Shown in pieces: positions 1 through 9,554 of a stretch of DNA of 64,000 nt. The notes beneath the pieces were generated by a model. The model saw nothing but the letters and a program-made list of their open reading frames with translations. It was not told the origin of the DNA and made no database searches. A program made the translations under genes and the position numbers. Source of the stretch: a virus; IMG/VR virus record IMGVR_UViG_3300015370_000013, positions 1-64,000 of that record. One strand, 5' to 3'. How positions within the stretch are numbered: the first letter of the stretch is position 1; every line of letters begins with the position of its first letter.

Positions 1-454
1 ACTCGTTAACTCCAATGACACACATGTATTGGGTTGTTACTTTGATAACACCAACACTGCTGTTAACGCAGAGACGGGAGCCGTTCTAGTAGTGCTAACT
101 ACTTCCACGATGAGTGTACACGGTGTCAAAGTTAACGACAATACATTCGTTTGTTACAAGCAAAGGGATACTATATCCCATATGATTAGCTTCAAGGCTG
201 ATCCGCTCAAAGCGATCTATCACTGTCAATTCAATAACAATCTGTTAGATATGTTAGCTGCTCCAGCGTCGGACCATACGTTGATTTTGTTCGATTACAC
301 TACAAGTATGACCGTCATAGGCAATACGGTACGTCCTTCCAGGGTGACAGACACACCCATCGCGTACACTAATTCAATCGTAGCGGCTAATATGGTACCT
401 ATTAGTGCAAATATCGGGACGCTGAACGTGATAACTTATCAAGCAGCCATCTAA
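1..454 (+). CDS. C-terminal part of a beta-rich (beta-helix/tail-spike-like) protein, truncated by the window start
   Basis: Frame is open from position 2; Asn/Val-rich repeats (VNDNTF, FNNNLL, VIGNTV, VAANMV) resemble parallel beta-helix. Confidence 0.45.
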   Translation, partial: LVNSNDTHVLGCYFDNTNTAVNAETGAVLVVLTTSTMSVHGVKVNDNTFVCYKQRDTISHMISFKADPLKAIYHCQFNNNLLDMLAAPASDHTLILFDYTTSMTVIGNTVRPSRVTDTPIAYTNSIVAANMVPISANIGTLNVITYQAAI

Positions 455-455
455 A

Positions 456-896
456 ATGCCTGTCGAACCTAAAAAAGAAACTGACCTCGCTGCGTTTATT
501 GACGAAGCCATCAAAACGTTAGTCACCCGCAACGAAAAGACGCAGGAGAGTAAGACCTCCGGCTCGTGGTGGAAGTGGCTTCTTGCAGTGGGGGGTGCGC
601 TCATCGCGCTCATTGGTATTGGAATCCTGTGGTACTACTTTAACCGTCGGTCACAGGAACTCGCTGAGGCACGTACCGAACTGGAACATCAAAAGATAGA
701 CGCGGAGCAGCAACGACACGTCGCACTACAAGAACAGCAACAACAAAAGCGCGCAGCGATTATCGCCAGTGTGGTCATCAAAGAGTCACAGCTAAAAAAA
801 GACGAAGTAGAGCTGGCGCAACTTGAACAAGAACACGCGCAGCGCAAAATAAAACTGGAGAGTCTGAAATCATGGGGCGACATAAACAAACAATAG
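456..896 (+). CDS. Single-TM, coiled-coil membrane protein (possible i-spanin-like lysis protein)
   Basis: TM segment WWKWLLAVGGALIALIGIGILWYYF followed by Q/E-rich coiled coil; overlaps next ORF. Confidence 0.45.
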   Translation: MPVEPKKETDLAAFIDEAIKTLVTRNEKTQESKTSGSWWKWLLAVGGALIALIGIGILWYYFNRRSQELAEARTELEHQKIDAEQQRHVALQEQQQQKRAAIIASVVIKESQLKKDEVELAQLEQEHAQRKIKLESLKSWGDINKQ

Positions 897-1381
897 CCGT
901 AGTTATGGCGTTAGCGTTAGTGTTGGCCCCACTCCCCCTCCTGGCTGAGGATACTCAACCAGGAGAGGTTGCAGAGAACCTACAAATCCTACCGCCCTGG
1001 ACCATGCGCTTGTGCACCGTTGGTGCGAAGCTACACGTGCTCCAGGCTGTTTACGACAAAGAGGGGGCACTCACCCTCAAGAAGCGGGATTCGGACTGTT
1101 ACACGTGGCGTGAAACAGCCGCGAATCTGGAACGTCAAGTAGCGCTGCACAAAGATATCGCGGCGAAGTATACTGTCGTGCTCGCTTCGATGACGACTCA
1201 GTTACGAAACGAAGCGGCACGCACCGCTCAACTCGTCGATGACCTCAAAAAGGAAATCGCTGAGAAGAACAAGTATAAGTACAAACCTACGTACGGTTGG
1301 CTGGGCTGGGTTGTTGGTGGGGGTGTAGCGCTCGTCGCACTCGGTGTGTTAACTGGCGTCCTCATCGCTGACAGGTCGTAG
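872..1381 (+). CDS. Signal peptide + coiled coil + C-terminal TM protein (possible spanin partner)
   Basis: N-terminal signal (..LAPLPLLA/ED), two Cys, coiled coil, C-terminal hydrophobic helix. Confidence 0.4.
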   Translation: MGRHKQTIAVVMALALVLAPLPLLAEDTQPGEVAENLQILPPWTMRLCTVGAKLHVLQAVYDKEGALTLKKRDSDCYTWRETAANLERQVALHKDIAAKYTVVLASMTTQLRNEAARTAQLVDDLKKEIAEKNKYKYKPTYGWLGWVVGGGVALVALGVLTGVLIADRS

Positions 1382-1660
1382 CACAGGAAAACCGCTCCAA
1401 CCTACAACCTGACATCGGAAGTCCAGGGAGCGTGTCTTCCTTCCCTCCTTGTAGAACTCCACTACTACACCGCCCGCATGTTCCTCGATGACGTCGGGTC
1501 GGTCAGGGTGCCCTCCAAACTCGTAGAGTGGTTTGACAACGACCTTGTCGTACGAGCTGGACTCAGGTGTGTACGTACCAAAACCCAAACACAGGTAGTA
1601 ATACGCGGTACGAAGGAACGCCGGTGTAAGGCCGATGCGCCGTACACTATTGCCTGACAC
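1349..1660 (-). CDS. Hypothetical protein
   Basis: 103-aa ORF overlapping the stop of the upstream gene. Confidence 0.5.
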   Translation of the reverse strand: MSGNSVRRIGLTPAFLRTAYYYLCLGFGTYTPESSSYDKVVVKPLYEFGGHPDRPDVIEEHAGGVVVEFYKEGRKTRSLDFRCQVVGWSGFPVLRPVSDEDAS

Positions 1661-2420
1661 TACGCAACACCTTGACCAAAGGGTGGTCCTTTACGGGGTG
1701 TGTTCCTTCTACGATAGCGTCTGCGATGGCGGTTAGTTTATTCTTCATCCACGCTTTACGCGGCTCCATCATGTAGTAGGTCATGTCCGTGAAGTTCTGG
1801 AGCCTTCGTTCAATGTACGCATCGTCGATCTTATGCCATTGAAGCCAGTAGCAGTAGAGGCTCAGGGTATACGCCTGGAGCTCCCAGTACGTCCGCCATG
1901 GGTCAGGGAGCTGTGGGATGAAGCAGAGACCACCCAGGATAGCCCAGGCGGGGATCCAGAGCGCCAGGTGCCACCCTGATGCCCAGAACACCGGAAGCCA
2001 ACAGGTGAGCAGCAGGAGACCCCCCAGGGACAGGGGGAAGAGGTACAGGAAGGCGAACAAGGGGGTTGTCCACCGGCTCGCTTGACGTACGTGCTCTAGT
2101 TCGTGCAGGATGGTATCCCACTGATTCAGTGACCACCCCGCGTCACTAACGTAGAGGGCTGTGCGGCGGAGCGCTACATCTTGAGGTATCACACCTATCA
2201 CGGCTGACACCGGCGCAGCGATGCTGCTACCAATCGTGGTCCAGAAGTCCCTCAGGAACATATCCTTGTTCTTTTTGGAGTACACCAGGTTAAGGAACCA
2301 GTTGAGGATTCCGTAATACCAGAAATCCTCCTTGGTGCCGATAAGGAGAGCGGAAGTCACCACTTGGGCTGCGACTGCTTCGCTTATAAGCTCGTGCGTG
2401 ATTTTTGTGCTTGACGCCAC
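1647..2420 (-). CDS. Membrane-embedded HExxH zinc metallopeptidase-like protein
   Basis: ILHELEHVRQ, two TM helices, then WELQAY (third ligand); GTG start at 2420 with GGAGGT RBS. Confidence 0.6.
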   Translation of the reverse strand: MASSTKITHELISEAVAAQVVTSALLIGTKEDFWYYGILNWFLNLVYSKKNKDMFLRDFWTTIGSSIAAPVSAVIGVIPQDVALRRTALYVSDAGWSLNQWDTILHELEHVRQASRWTTPLFAFLYLFPLSLGGLLLLTCWLPVFWASGWHLALWIPAWAILGGLCFIPQLPDPWRTYWELQAYTLSLYCYWLQWHKIDDAYIERRLQNFTDMTYYMMEPRKAWMKNKLTAIADAIVEGTHPVKDHPLVKVLRSVRQ

Positions 2421-2421
2421 A

Positions 2422-2607
2422 TTAAACCTCCACAGGTCGGTACTGCTCAAAGAACCACGCATCGTTTACTTTGGCGAGCACGATTGAGATTTTGCGTGCC
2501 TTCTGACACTCATCACATATCACTGCGACGCGGTTGTTTCTGTGGTAAATGAAAACGGGGTAACCTTCCTCGGTAAGTTCGATTCCACAGTTAGAACATT
2601 TCAGCAT
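2422..2607 (-). CDS. Small zinc-ribbon protein
   Basis: MLKCSNCG...ICDEC; ATG overlaps the RNR stop (TAATG). Confidence 0.6.
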   Translation of the reverse strand: MLKCSNCGIELTEEGYPVFIYHRNNRVAVICDECQKARKISIVLAKVNDAWFFEQYRPVEV

Positions 2608-5210
2608 TAGCCACATCCATTGTAAGTGCCGCAGTTGGGACAACTGAAGCAGTTGTTGGCGTGACGCTGTAGTAGTGCGCCACAGAAGGGACACGGGGGT
2701 GTGTCGTGAGTATCTGAACTAGTAGATACAGGTGCGGGCGGAAGTGTGCCCTTTAGAAACACCGCATCCAGTTTACGCATGATTGCGTCAGGTAGACTCG
2801 TAGCGAAACGAACATCCGGGTCACTACAAAGTCCTGCGGGTTCGAAACGGGTGTGGCTGAATTTCTCCACAAAGAAAGCCAACGGGACACCCGCTTGCAA
2901 ACCGAAGGAGACTGCTTGTGCCCACGCCTCGATGTAGCCCTTTACGGTTGATCCCTCTTTCGAGGTCGCCACAAAGAACTCACCTGGTAACCCAGTGTCC
3001 TCGTATGGTGTGACCCAAAGGTACACTTTATAATCTCCGAGTTTGAGACGTATACGGTGTCCGTTGGTCTGATGATTACGTAAACGATGGCGTGTATACG
3101 TGGGGTAGACACGGACTTCGTGTTCCCGGGATGTCACAGGTTCTTCTACAAGCGCCGCAGTCACCAGGGGTTGACTCAGTTTGGATGCGTCTCTGTAAAC
3201 AGCCACGCTTTTCAACCCCAGTTCGAACGCTTTCAGATACACTTCGGAGAAGTCTTCAACGGTAGCGTTGGCTGGTAGATTGACGGTCTTACTCATACCT
3301 CCCGAGATATATGGTTGAATAGCCGCCATCATCTTGAGATGCGCGTCGATGGAAAGCATGCGTGTACCTGCGGAGGGGATGGCGCAGTCAAATACGGGTA
3401 GGTGTTCTTTACGGAGTTCAGAGCCCTCGAAGTGGCCGTGCTTGGCGAGATACGCTAATAACTGCACACGTGAAGCGTCTTTGTAGTGTAGGCTTTTTAA
3501 CGCCGTATCAATGATGCGGTTAGGGATTTTCATGCTCCCCCCACCCACCAGGTATTTGGTTTTGATAAGACTGGACTCAGGTTCAATACCTGTGGTGTCG
3601 CAGTCCATCATAAAAGCGATGGTGCCGGTGGGTGCCATCAGGGTAACTTGTGCGTTACGACAGCCGTGTTGCTCAATCTCCGCAATCGCTGTTCGCCAAC
3701 CAGCAGCGGTAAACTCATCTTTGCAATAATCCTTGTGCTGGTGCAACACACGAAGCAGCGACGTCTTGTTTTCTTCGTAGCGCGGGAAGGGACCCAACGC
3801 CCGAGATAACTCTGCGGACATTACATACGCCGTGGAGGTGAGGACCGACGTGATTCGGGATATGCGTGTACGGGCTTGGTCGCTGTCGTAGGGCATACCT
3901 TCACTCATTAGAAAAGCGCCCATATTTGTGAAGCCCAATCCGAGGGGGCGATAGTCGAGTGTTTTGTCTTTGATTTGTTGGGTAGGATAATCCGCTTTAC
4001 TTACCAGGATGTCCTGGGCGATTATCATGGTGCGGACAGCGGACTGGAACAGTTCGTACTTAAAGCCGTCCTTGGACTTGAAGGACATCAGGTTGAGGCT
4101 AGCGAGGTTGCAGGCGGTATTGTCGAGGAACACACTTTCCGCGCAGGGATTTGTTGCGTTAATGCGCTCGTCATTAGCTACGGTGTTCCAGTAATTAATC
4201 ATGTCATCGAACTGCAGCGCCGGATCACCGCAGCGATGCGCTGCTGCACAAATCGCTGACCACAAATCCCGCACCAATACCCCTGGGATAATTCCCGTTA
4301 CAATAGGTATCAGTGCATGCACCAACTCGGAGTCCCCACCCACCATCGCTTGTACTGCACGCATAAATTTACGTGTCACTCGGACAGTGTGGTTAGCGTT
4401 TTGAAACGCGACGGATGCGTACGCACCGTTGGGGTCGTTAAAGTCTGGGGAATACCCCTGCGCTACTAGCGCCTGCGCACGGTCCTCCTCTCTAGATTTA
4501 CATGTAATAAACTCCATGATGTCCGGGTGGTTAATGTTCAGGATACGCATCGTCGCTGCGCGTCGGGTTTTTCCTCCCGATTTGATGACCCCGGCCCAGG
4601 CATCCAGCGCACGCATGAAGCTTAGAGGACCGGACGCGGTACCTCCGCCGCTAAGGAGTTCGTTCTGGGAACGAATCTTGGACAAGTTAACACCCGCACC
4701 GGAGCCCAACTTGTAAATGGCTGTTTCTGTGGTTTGGAGTGCCGAGATAGAAGACATATCGTCTTCAACAGAGAGTATGAAACACGCCGAGCACTGCTGC
4801 AGTTCGTCGGGGACCCCCAAGTTAAACCAAACCGGGCTGTTGAACGACACGGCTTGATGTAGGATAAGCCATGTCAGGTCGTTGAGGAAGGCGCGTTGAG
4901 AAGAAGCTTCGTTGAAGTAGTTCTGCGCTGTTGCCCACAGACCAATGGTCTCCACTACCCGCGATACAATCTGTCGGACACTGTTTTCACGTTCCGGGGT
5001 GCCCAGCCGACCCCTGAAGTATTCCTGTGCGACGACACGTACTGCACGTGTTGACCAGAAGTCCGGTGCTTCTACGTTGAGTTGTTTGAAAATAACCTCG
5101 CCGGTTGTTTGGTTAGTTATGACTGCGTCCCGTCGTGTCCAGATAACACTTTCGTAGGGGTCTTCCCCTTGAAAAAACACGGGTATATAAGTCAGCTTGT
5201 CACTGCTCAT
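2607..5210 (-). CDS. nrdJ: Class II (adenosylcobalamin-dependent) ribonucleotide reductase with TSCPD domain and C-terminal Zn ribbon
   Basis: FNSPVWFN, CSACFI, KSGGKTRRAA, TNPCAE, ACNLAS, APTGTI, SKTVN, VYRD; C-terminal CPFCG..CPNCG. Confidence 0.95.
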   Translation of the reverse strand: MSSDKLTYIPVFFQGEDPYESVIWTRRDAVITNQTTGEVIFKQLNVEAPDFWSTRAVRVVAQEYFRGRLGTPERENSVRQIVSRVVETIGLWATAQNYFNEASSQRAFLNDLTWLILHQAVSFNSPVWFNLGVPDELQQCSACFILSVEDDMSSISALQTTETAIYKLGSGAGVNLSKIRSQNELLSGGGTASGPLSFMRALDAWAGVIKSGGKTRRAATMRILNINHPDIMEFITCKSREEDRAQALVAQGYSPDFNDPNGAYASVAFQNANHTVRVTRKFMRAVQAMVGGDSELVHALIPIVTGIIPGVLVRDLWSAICAAAHRCGDPALQFDDMINYWNTVANDERINATNPCAESVFLDNTACNLASLNLMSFKSKDGFKYELFQSAVRTMIIAQDILVSKADYPTQQIKDKTLDYRPLGLGFTNMGAFLMSEGMPYDSDQARTRISRITSVLTSTAYVMSAELSRALGPFPRYEENKTSLLRVLHQHKDYCKDEFTAAGWRTAIAEIEQHGCRNAQVTLMAPTGTIAFMMDCDTTGIEPESSLIKTKYLVGGGSMKIPNRIIDTALKSLHYKDASRVQLLAYLAKHGHFEGSELRKEHLPVFDCAIPSAGTRMLSIDAHLKMMAAIQPYISGGMSKTVNLPANATVEDFSEVYLKAFELGLKSVAVYRDASKLSQPLVTAALVEEPVTSREHEVRVYPTYTRHRLRNHQTNGHRIRLKLGDYKVYLWVTPYEDTGLPGEFFVATSKEGSTVKGYIEAWAQAVSFGLQAGVPLAFFVEKFSHTRFEPAGLCSDPDVRFATSLPDAIMRKLDAVFLKGTLPPAPVSTSSDTHDTPPCPFCGALLQRHANNCFSCPNCGTYNGCG

Positions 5211-5223
5211 CTGAACTCCTCAG

Positions 5224-5787
5224 CTAAAGGGCTTTGGGAAGTACCTTCCGAACAGGAGGCTTCCGTTTCTTTTGGTGGTACACACTGTATACGGCTTGGA
5301 TTTGATGCCGCAGGGTGGAGCGTTTCAGAATATATTCTTGAGCCATACGCGCCAAACCATGTGCGTCACAAAGGTCGTCCTGGTCGATGTCGATGCCCCA
5401 GGTTTTTTGTGTTAACAAACGCATTCGGGGCTTGGACGCAGCGCCGCTACCCGTGACGAAGAGCTTGAGCGTTGCCGGTGGCACAATCATCGGTTCATCA
5501 ACACCCAGGTCCGCAAGGACCAGCTGCACTATCCCATTAATTTGGCCGAGCTGGTCCAGGTCCCCTTGAGACCCGTAGGATTGTCCCTCCAACGCGGCGT
5601 GTGCCACGCTACTCTTGAAGGGAGAAAGCACCTCAGTCATTTGATCCCTGAGGTATAAGAGACGCGGCGTCCCTCGAAGTTTGGGGCTGGGACGGATGAG
5701 GGTTAAAAGAGGGGGTTCCTCCTGATCAGAGAGGACACAGAGCCCTATTTTTTGGAGTGCTTGATCGATCCCGATGAAATAACGCAT
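5224..5787 (-). CDS. ruvC: RuvC-like Holliday junction resolvase
   Basis: FIGID, ALEG, PATLKLFVTGSGAASK, DDLCDA. Confidence 0.85.
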   Translation of the reverse strand: MRYFIGIDQALQKIGLCVLSDQEEPPLLTLIRPSPKLRGTPRLLYLRDQMTEVLSPFKSSVAHAALEGQSYGSQGDLDQLGQINGIVQLVLADLGVDEPMIVPPATLKLFVTGSGAASKPRMRLLTQKTWGIDIDQDDLCDAHGLARMAQEYILKRSTLRHQIQAVYSVYHQKKRKPPVRKVLPKAL

Positions 5788-5808
5788 CTATTGTACCTGC
5801 TCTCCGAA

Positions 5809-5970
5809 TCGCTTATTATATCACCATCCCGTTCCGAGACTTGAACCGCATTAAGTTTAGTTAACACGGATGCTCGGTTCCCCACCAAAGGGCAGTTTCA
5901 CTCCGTCAACTTTGACGAAGCCAGCGCTGCCCAGGCGCGGGGCTGTAACCGTGTAGGCCACGGCCATATT
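5809..5970 (-). ncRNA. Putative omegaRNA overlapping the tnpB 3' end, with guide ~5828-5809
   Basis: Position expected for TnpB; hairpin GAACCG..GCAT/ATGCGGTTC on the minus strand; boundaries inferred. Confidence 0.5.
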
Positions 5971-7059
5971 TCTCAAATTAATCGCTGCGTTTATGTCCCG
6001 ATCATGAACAACACCACAAAAGGGACAAACCCACGATCGAATTTCCAAAGGCAGACTTTTAACTGTGTGCCCACAGTCGGAGCATGTCTTGGAAGATGGA
6101 TACCAACGATCTGCAACGACAATACTCGAACCAGCAAGCGGGGCCTTATAGAGAAGTTGACGAGAAACTTCACCCATCGAAGCATCGGCAACGGATTTGG
6201 ACAGGCGACTATTGGACATCATCCCCTTGATGTTTAAATTTTCGATCCCAATGTAGGCGTAGTCACACACGAGTCGCGCAGTGAGTTTATGTATCACATC
6301 GCGCCGAATGTTAGCAATGCGCGCATGGAGTCGGGCGAGGCGTTGTTGTGTCTTGAATCTATTTTTACCTCCTTTGGTTCGTCGGTGAAGCTGTTTGTTG
6401 AGCATCCTGAGATTACCCTCAAGCCTTCGCAGAATGCGAGGTGCCGGGACTTTGGTGCCGTCAGACAAAACTGCGAGATCAACGACTCCGAGGTCTACTC
6501 CAACTGCAGCTTGGGTTTCGCAGCGATGGGAGTAGGACCAGCGGGATTCATCGATCTCGACCTGCGCCGAGGCGTACCAGTGACCCGCTTGTTTGGTAAA
6601 GCGGACAGAGAGAACTTTGCCGGGAAACCGCAGAGCTTCGCGAGTGCGGACCCATCCGAGTTTGGGGAGTTTTACTTTGCGTTCATCGAAAGTAACAACA
6701 CGCCCTTCAATACAGAAAGATTCCCGACAACGACCACGCTTTTTAAATTTTGGATATCCCGGTTTTTGTCCTGCCTTTACCCGACGAAAAAAATTGGAGA
6801 AGGCTTGACCGAGATCAGAGAGCGCGGTGTTTGGAATTTTCCATGGCAACTCTCGCAACCATGGAAACTCGACAGTTTTACGGGCGTTCAACTCAGCGTT
6901 GATGTTTTGCCAAGACGTTTTCTCCCCGGCCTTGTAGAGTTCTTGCCACCTAGCAAGACCGAAGTTGTAGACGAACCTCGCCGCACCGGCACAGCGGTTG
7001 AACCACGATGCCTGAACATTGTTCAAATCCAGTCGGATGCGGTGAGACAAAACAGTCAT
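5857..7059 (-). CDS. tnpB: TnpB RNA-guided endonuclease
   Basis: N-terminal HRIRLD..ARFVYN, GYPKFKK, RuvC-I GVDLG, RuvC-II IENL, Zn finger CSDCG/CPFCG, RuvC-III DRDINAAINL; catalytic D-E-D intact. Confidence 0.95.
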   Translation of the reverse strand: MTVLSHRIRLDLNNVQASWFNRCAGAARFVYNFGLARWQELYKAGEKTSWQNINAELNARKTVEFPWLRELPWKIPNTALSDLGQAFSNFFRRVKAGQKPGYPKFKKRGRCRESFCIEGRVVTFDERKVKLPKLGWVRTREALRFPGKVLSVRFTKQAGHWYASAQVEIDESRWSYSHRCETQAAVGVDLGVVDLAVLSDGTKVPAPRILRRLEGNLRMLNKQLHRRTKGGKNRFKTQQRLARLHARIANIRRDVIHKLTARLVCDYAYIGIENLNIKGMMSNSRLSKSVADASMGEVSRQLLYKAPLAGSSIVVADRWYPSSKTCSDCGHTVKSLPLEIRSWVCPFCGVVHDRDINAAINLRNMAVAYTVTAPRLGSAGFVKVDGVKLPFGGEPSIRVN

Positions 7060-7214
7060 TTAGGGTGCTCCATCAACGCACGTAGCGTTTGTCGAATGAC
7101 TTCTCCCATAGGAATATCCCGTTGTTGTGCCTCTAATCGGAGCCAAACCAACAGCGCCGGGGGGAGGTGTATTTCCAGGCGCTGTAATTTCTCACGTTTT
7201 TTTGGTGGTGCCAT
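7056..7214 (-). CDS. Ribbon-helix-helix (CopG-like) protein
   Basis: QRLEIHLPPALLVWLRLEAQQRDIPMGEVIRQTL RHH pattern; overlaps tnpB start. Confidence 0.7.
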   Translation of the reverse strand: MAPPKKREKLQRLEIHLPPALLVWLRLEAQQRDIPMGEVIRQTLRALMEHPK

Positions 7215-7221
7215 AGATAGA

Positions 7222-7250
7222 AGTATACCAACCGGTAAGTTAGCCGTCAA
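7222..7250 (-). promoter_or_regulatory. Sigma70-type promoter, probably giving a leaderless RHH-tnpB mRNA
   Basis: TTGACG-17nt-TATACT; ATG 7 nt downstream of the -10. Confidence 0.7.
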
Positions 7251-7328
7251 GATACAATTTGAAGATTTCTGGTTAGATAATTAACAGCGTGATACCATCA
7301 AAACAGTTCGCTCAGAGGTGTTTTAGAT

Positions 7329-7967
7329 ATGGCCATTTCAGTAACACTACGACAAGAAAAAACGGATCTTCCCGCACTCGTAAACCCCTACCGTGTGGTG
7401 TCGGATATCATCCTAGCCGATCCGGTGGGGATGTACCCGCTGTTTGTGGTGTCTATTGGGGTGGGGGGTGACACAGACGAACAATACGAAGGGGTTGTGA
7501 CGCTAGAAGACCTGGACAAATACGTCGAGGTCCAGGCGACGGTGTTGGAGGCTGCGGTTGTAGGCCAGTTCACTGGAGCATCTGGGACACTCACCATCAC
7601 CAACGCAACGACACAAGTCCCTGAGTGGTTCGATACGTACTTCACTGCGGCTACTTTTGTAGTGGAGTCTGTTGACGGCACTGGTACGTTTTTAACCGTC
7701 AGTTCTGCGAAAGAATTTCCCACTGCCGCTGGAAGTTTAGCGTGGAGTGTAAGCGGGGGTGCATTGTCAGGCACCGGAGCCAAGAGTCGACGAGCAGACA
7801 CCTCCAAAACCACATTCCTTCGTCGTCGTTGGACATCACTGTTGGCCACCGTTGCTGCAGCTGAGAGTCGCTTCGCTTCAATTCAAGCCAGCGTCGAATC
7901 CGTCGTCAACGCAGCTGATGTTCACGGCGTAACATTTACCGGGGTCGTCACGGACGTATATACATGA
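7329..7967 (+). CDS. Putative virion structural protein (paralogous to the next two)
   Basis: T/V/A/G-rich; overlaps next ORF; shared motif. Confidence 0.55.
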   Translation: MAISVTLRQEKTDLPALVNPYRVVSDIILADPVGMYPLFVVSIGVGGDTDEQYEGVVTLEDLDKYVEVQATVLEAAVVGQFTGASGTLTITNATTQVPEWFDTYFTAATFVVESVDGTGTFLTVSSAKEFPTAAGSLAWSVSGGALSGTGAKSRRADTSKTTFLRRRWTSLLATVAAAESRFASIQASVESVVNAADVHGVTFTGVVTDVYT

Positions 7968-8374
7968 GCACAACACTGCAAGTAACCCTGACACAGACAA
8001 ACACGGTAGAGCCGGGTGTGACAGTCGAGGCCCCAATTTACCGCGTAAAGAGTGTCATCGAAACCTCCGAAAACATCACGCTTAGTCTGTTTGTCTTCAA
8101 ACTGGGTGCTACCCTTGCCCTGGACACGTTTAGCCACATCGCCATGCCAAATGATTTACAGGTGTACCTGGAAGACCGCGCACAAGCAGTATCCGCAGGA
8201 CACGCCTTTTACCGTCAAAGGAGTATAACTCTTGATTTTACCACGGCTGCGGCGGCAGCTGACTATGCGCTGGTTGTGCGCCAACGCGTTAGCTCCTTGT
8301 TAACTGCACAACCGATCGTAGCGGCATCCTTTACGGGTGCTACGACGTATACACTAACCGAGGCGACGACGTAA
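7964..8374 (+). CDS. Putative virion structural protein
   Basis: Shares DL..EDRAQ.V.A...Y/FR motif with 8376 ORF. Confidence 0.55.
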   Translation: MSTTLQVTLTQTNTVEPGVTVEAPIYRVKSVIETSENITLSLFVFKLGATLALDTFSHIAMPNDLQVYLEDRAQAVSAGHAFYRQRSITLDFTTAAAAADYALVVRQRVSSLLTAQPIVAASFTGATTYTLTEATT

Positions 8375-8375
8375 C

Positions 8376-9554
8376 ATGGCCACCACGGACACCCAACAAA
8401 CACGTTCCGCTGTTACAATAAGCGGTGTAAATAAATATATGATTGGATTTCTCGTTACTGCAGCGGGAGACCTTCCCACGAAATACCTTTTGGTGATGAA
8501 AATCAATGACCCGCTGGACCCAAAAGCGGACACGCTTGCACGTGTCGCGACCATCGCGGATCTCACAGAGCTAAAAGAAGATCGAGCGCAAACCGTTGCA
8601 GCTAGCACAATGTACTTCCGGGCGCTAAGCTACACCGCGTACTACACAAACCTGGAAACAGCCGTAGCTGCACAAGACACGTTAAAAGCACGTGTTGACG
8701 AGTTGGTACTGGACTGGGCGACATACGCCCAGGAGTTTGCAGCTCCTGTAGGTTCCGAAGAAGATACGGAGCACCCTCGTCCAGGTGATGATCTATATAC
8801 CGCTGCAGTTACCACGTACTCTACAGCCAAGACAGCGGAAACCGCCGCCAAGACGGTGCGGGATACGGCTAAAACAGCCTACGACACAGCAGTTGTCACA
8901 GCGGTTACCGCTGCTGCTACCGTTGCGAGTGCGAAAATCATTTCGGATGATGCTGCTACTGCGAAGGGTTATTTTGATGCGGCATACGCTGCATTGGACG
9001 AGTTATACGGTGTAGCAAATACGTTTGGTGCAGCGGGTACCGGTGTAGGTCTCTTCGATACTCAATGCACAACGTTCAAGGCTGCGGCGGATAGTTTTTA
9101 TACACAATCGGGAACGTTCTATAATGCGGGAGAAACCTTTCGTATTGCGGTAGCGACGGTCCCACCACCTGCGGCTGAAACAACGTTCGCTGCTGCACAA
9201 TTAGTTTTCGTCGTAGACAGGAGTACATTCAACGCAGCCAAGGGTGCCTGGGACGCTAACCTGGGGTCACTAGAAACTACCCTCGGCACGTTCCGTGGTA
9301 ACGTATTAATCTCAGCAGCGAAGAAGATTACAGCCGCAGCAAATCTAATACGCATGACCGGGTTCGCTAGCAACCGCGCTGCTGAACTAGCAGCAGCAGT
9401 AACTGCAGAAACCACAGCAAACACAACTGTTGCTACAAAACGCACTGATTATGCGGACAAGCAAGCGGCGTACGCCGTTGCACAAGCTACTACCCAAACC
9501 GCGCTCGCTTCTGTTCGGGCGCTGAAGCCTAGCTTCGACCCTGCGACAGTTTAG
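8376..9554 (+). CDS. Putative virion protein with Ala/Thr-rich coiled-coil C-terminus
   Basis: N-terminal shared domain plus long A/T-rich helical region. Confidence 0.55.
   Translation: MATTDTQQTRSAVTISGVNKYMIGFLVTAAGDLPTKYLLVMKINDPLDPKADTLARVATIADLTELKEDRAQTVAASTMYFRALSYTAYYTNLETAVAAQDTLKARVDELVLDWATYAQEFAAPVGSEEDTEHPRPGDDLYTAAVTTYSTAKTAETAAKTVRDTAKTAYDTAVVTAVTAAATVASAKIISDDAATAKGYFDAAYAALDELYGVANTFGAAGTGVGLFDTQCTTFKAAADSFYTQSGTFYNAGETFRIAVATVPPPAAETTFAAAQLVFVVDRSTFNAAKGAWDANLGSLETTLGTFRGNVLISAAKKITAAANLIRMTGFASNRAAELAAAVTAETTANTTVATKRTDYADKQAAYAVAQATTQTALASVRALKPSFDPATV

Larger units (their letters stand above)
5829..7260 (-). mobile_element. TnpB-only IS607/IS1341-like element (RHH gene + tnpB, no transposase)
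   Basis: tnpB plus small RHH ORF; putative right end ...TTCAAGTCTCGGAACGG ending at 5829; left end approximate. Confidence 0.6.

Noticed and set aside
6289-7284. 331-aa + strand ORF
   Set aside because: Antisense shadow of tnpB. Likewise 28605-29315, 13059-13727, 51774-52442 and other overlapping ORFs are shadows of well-supported genes.
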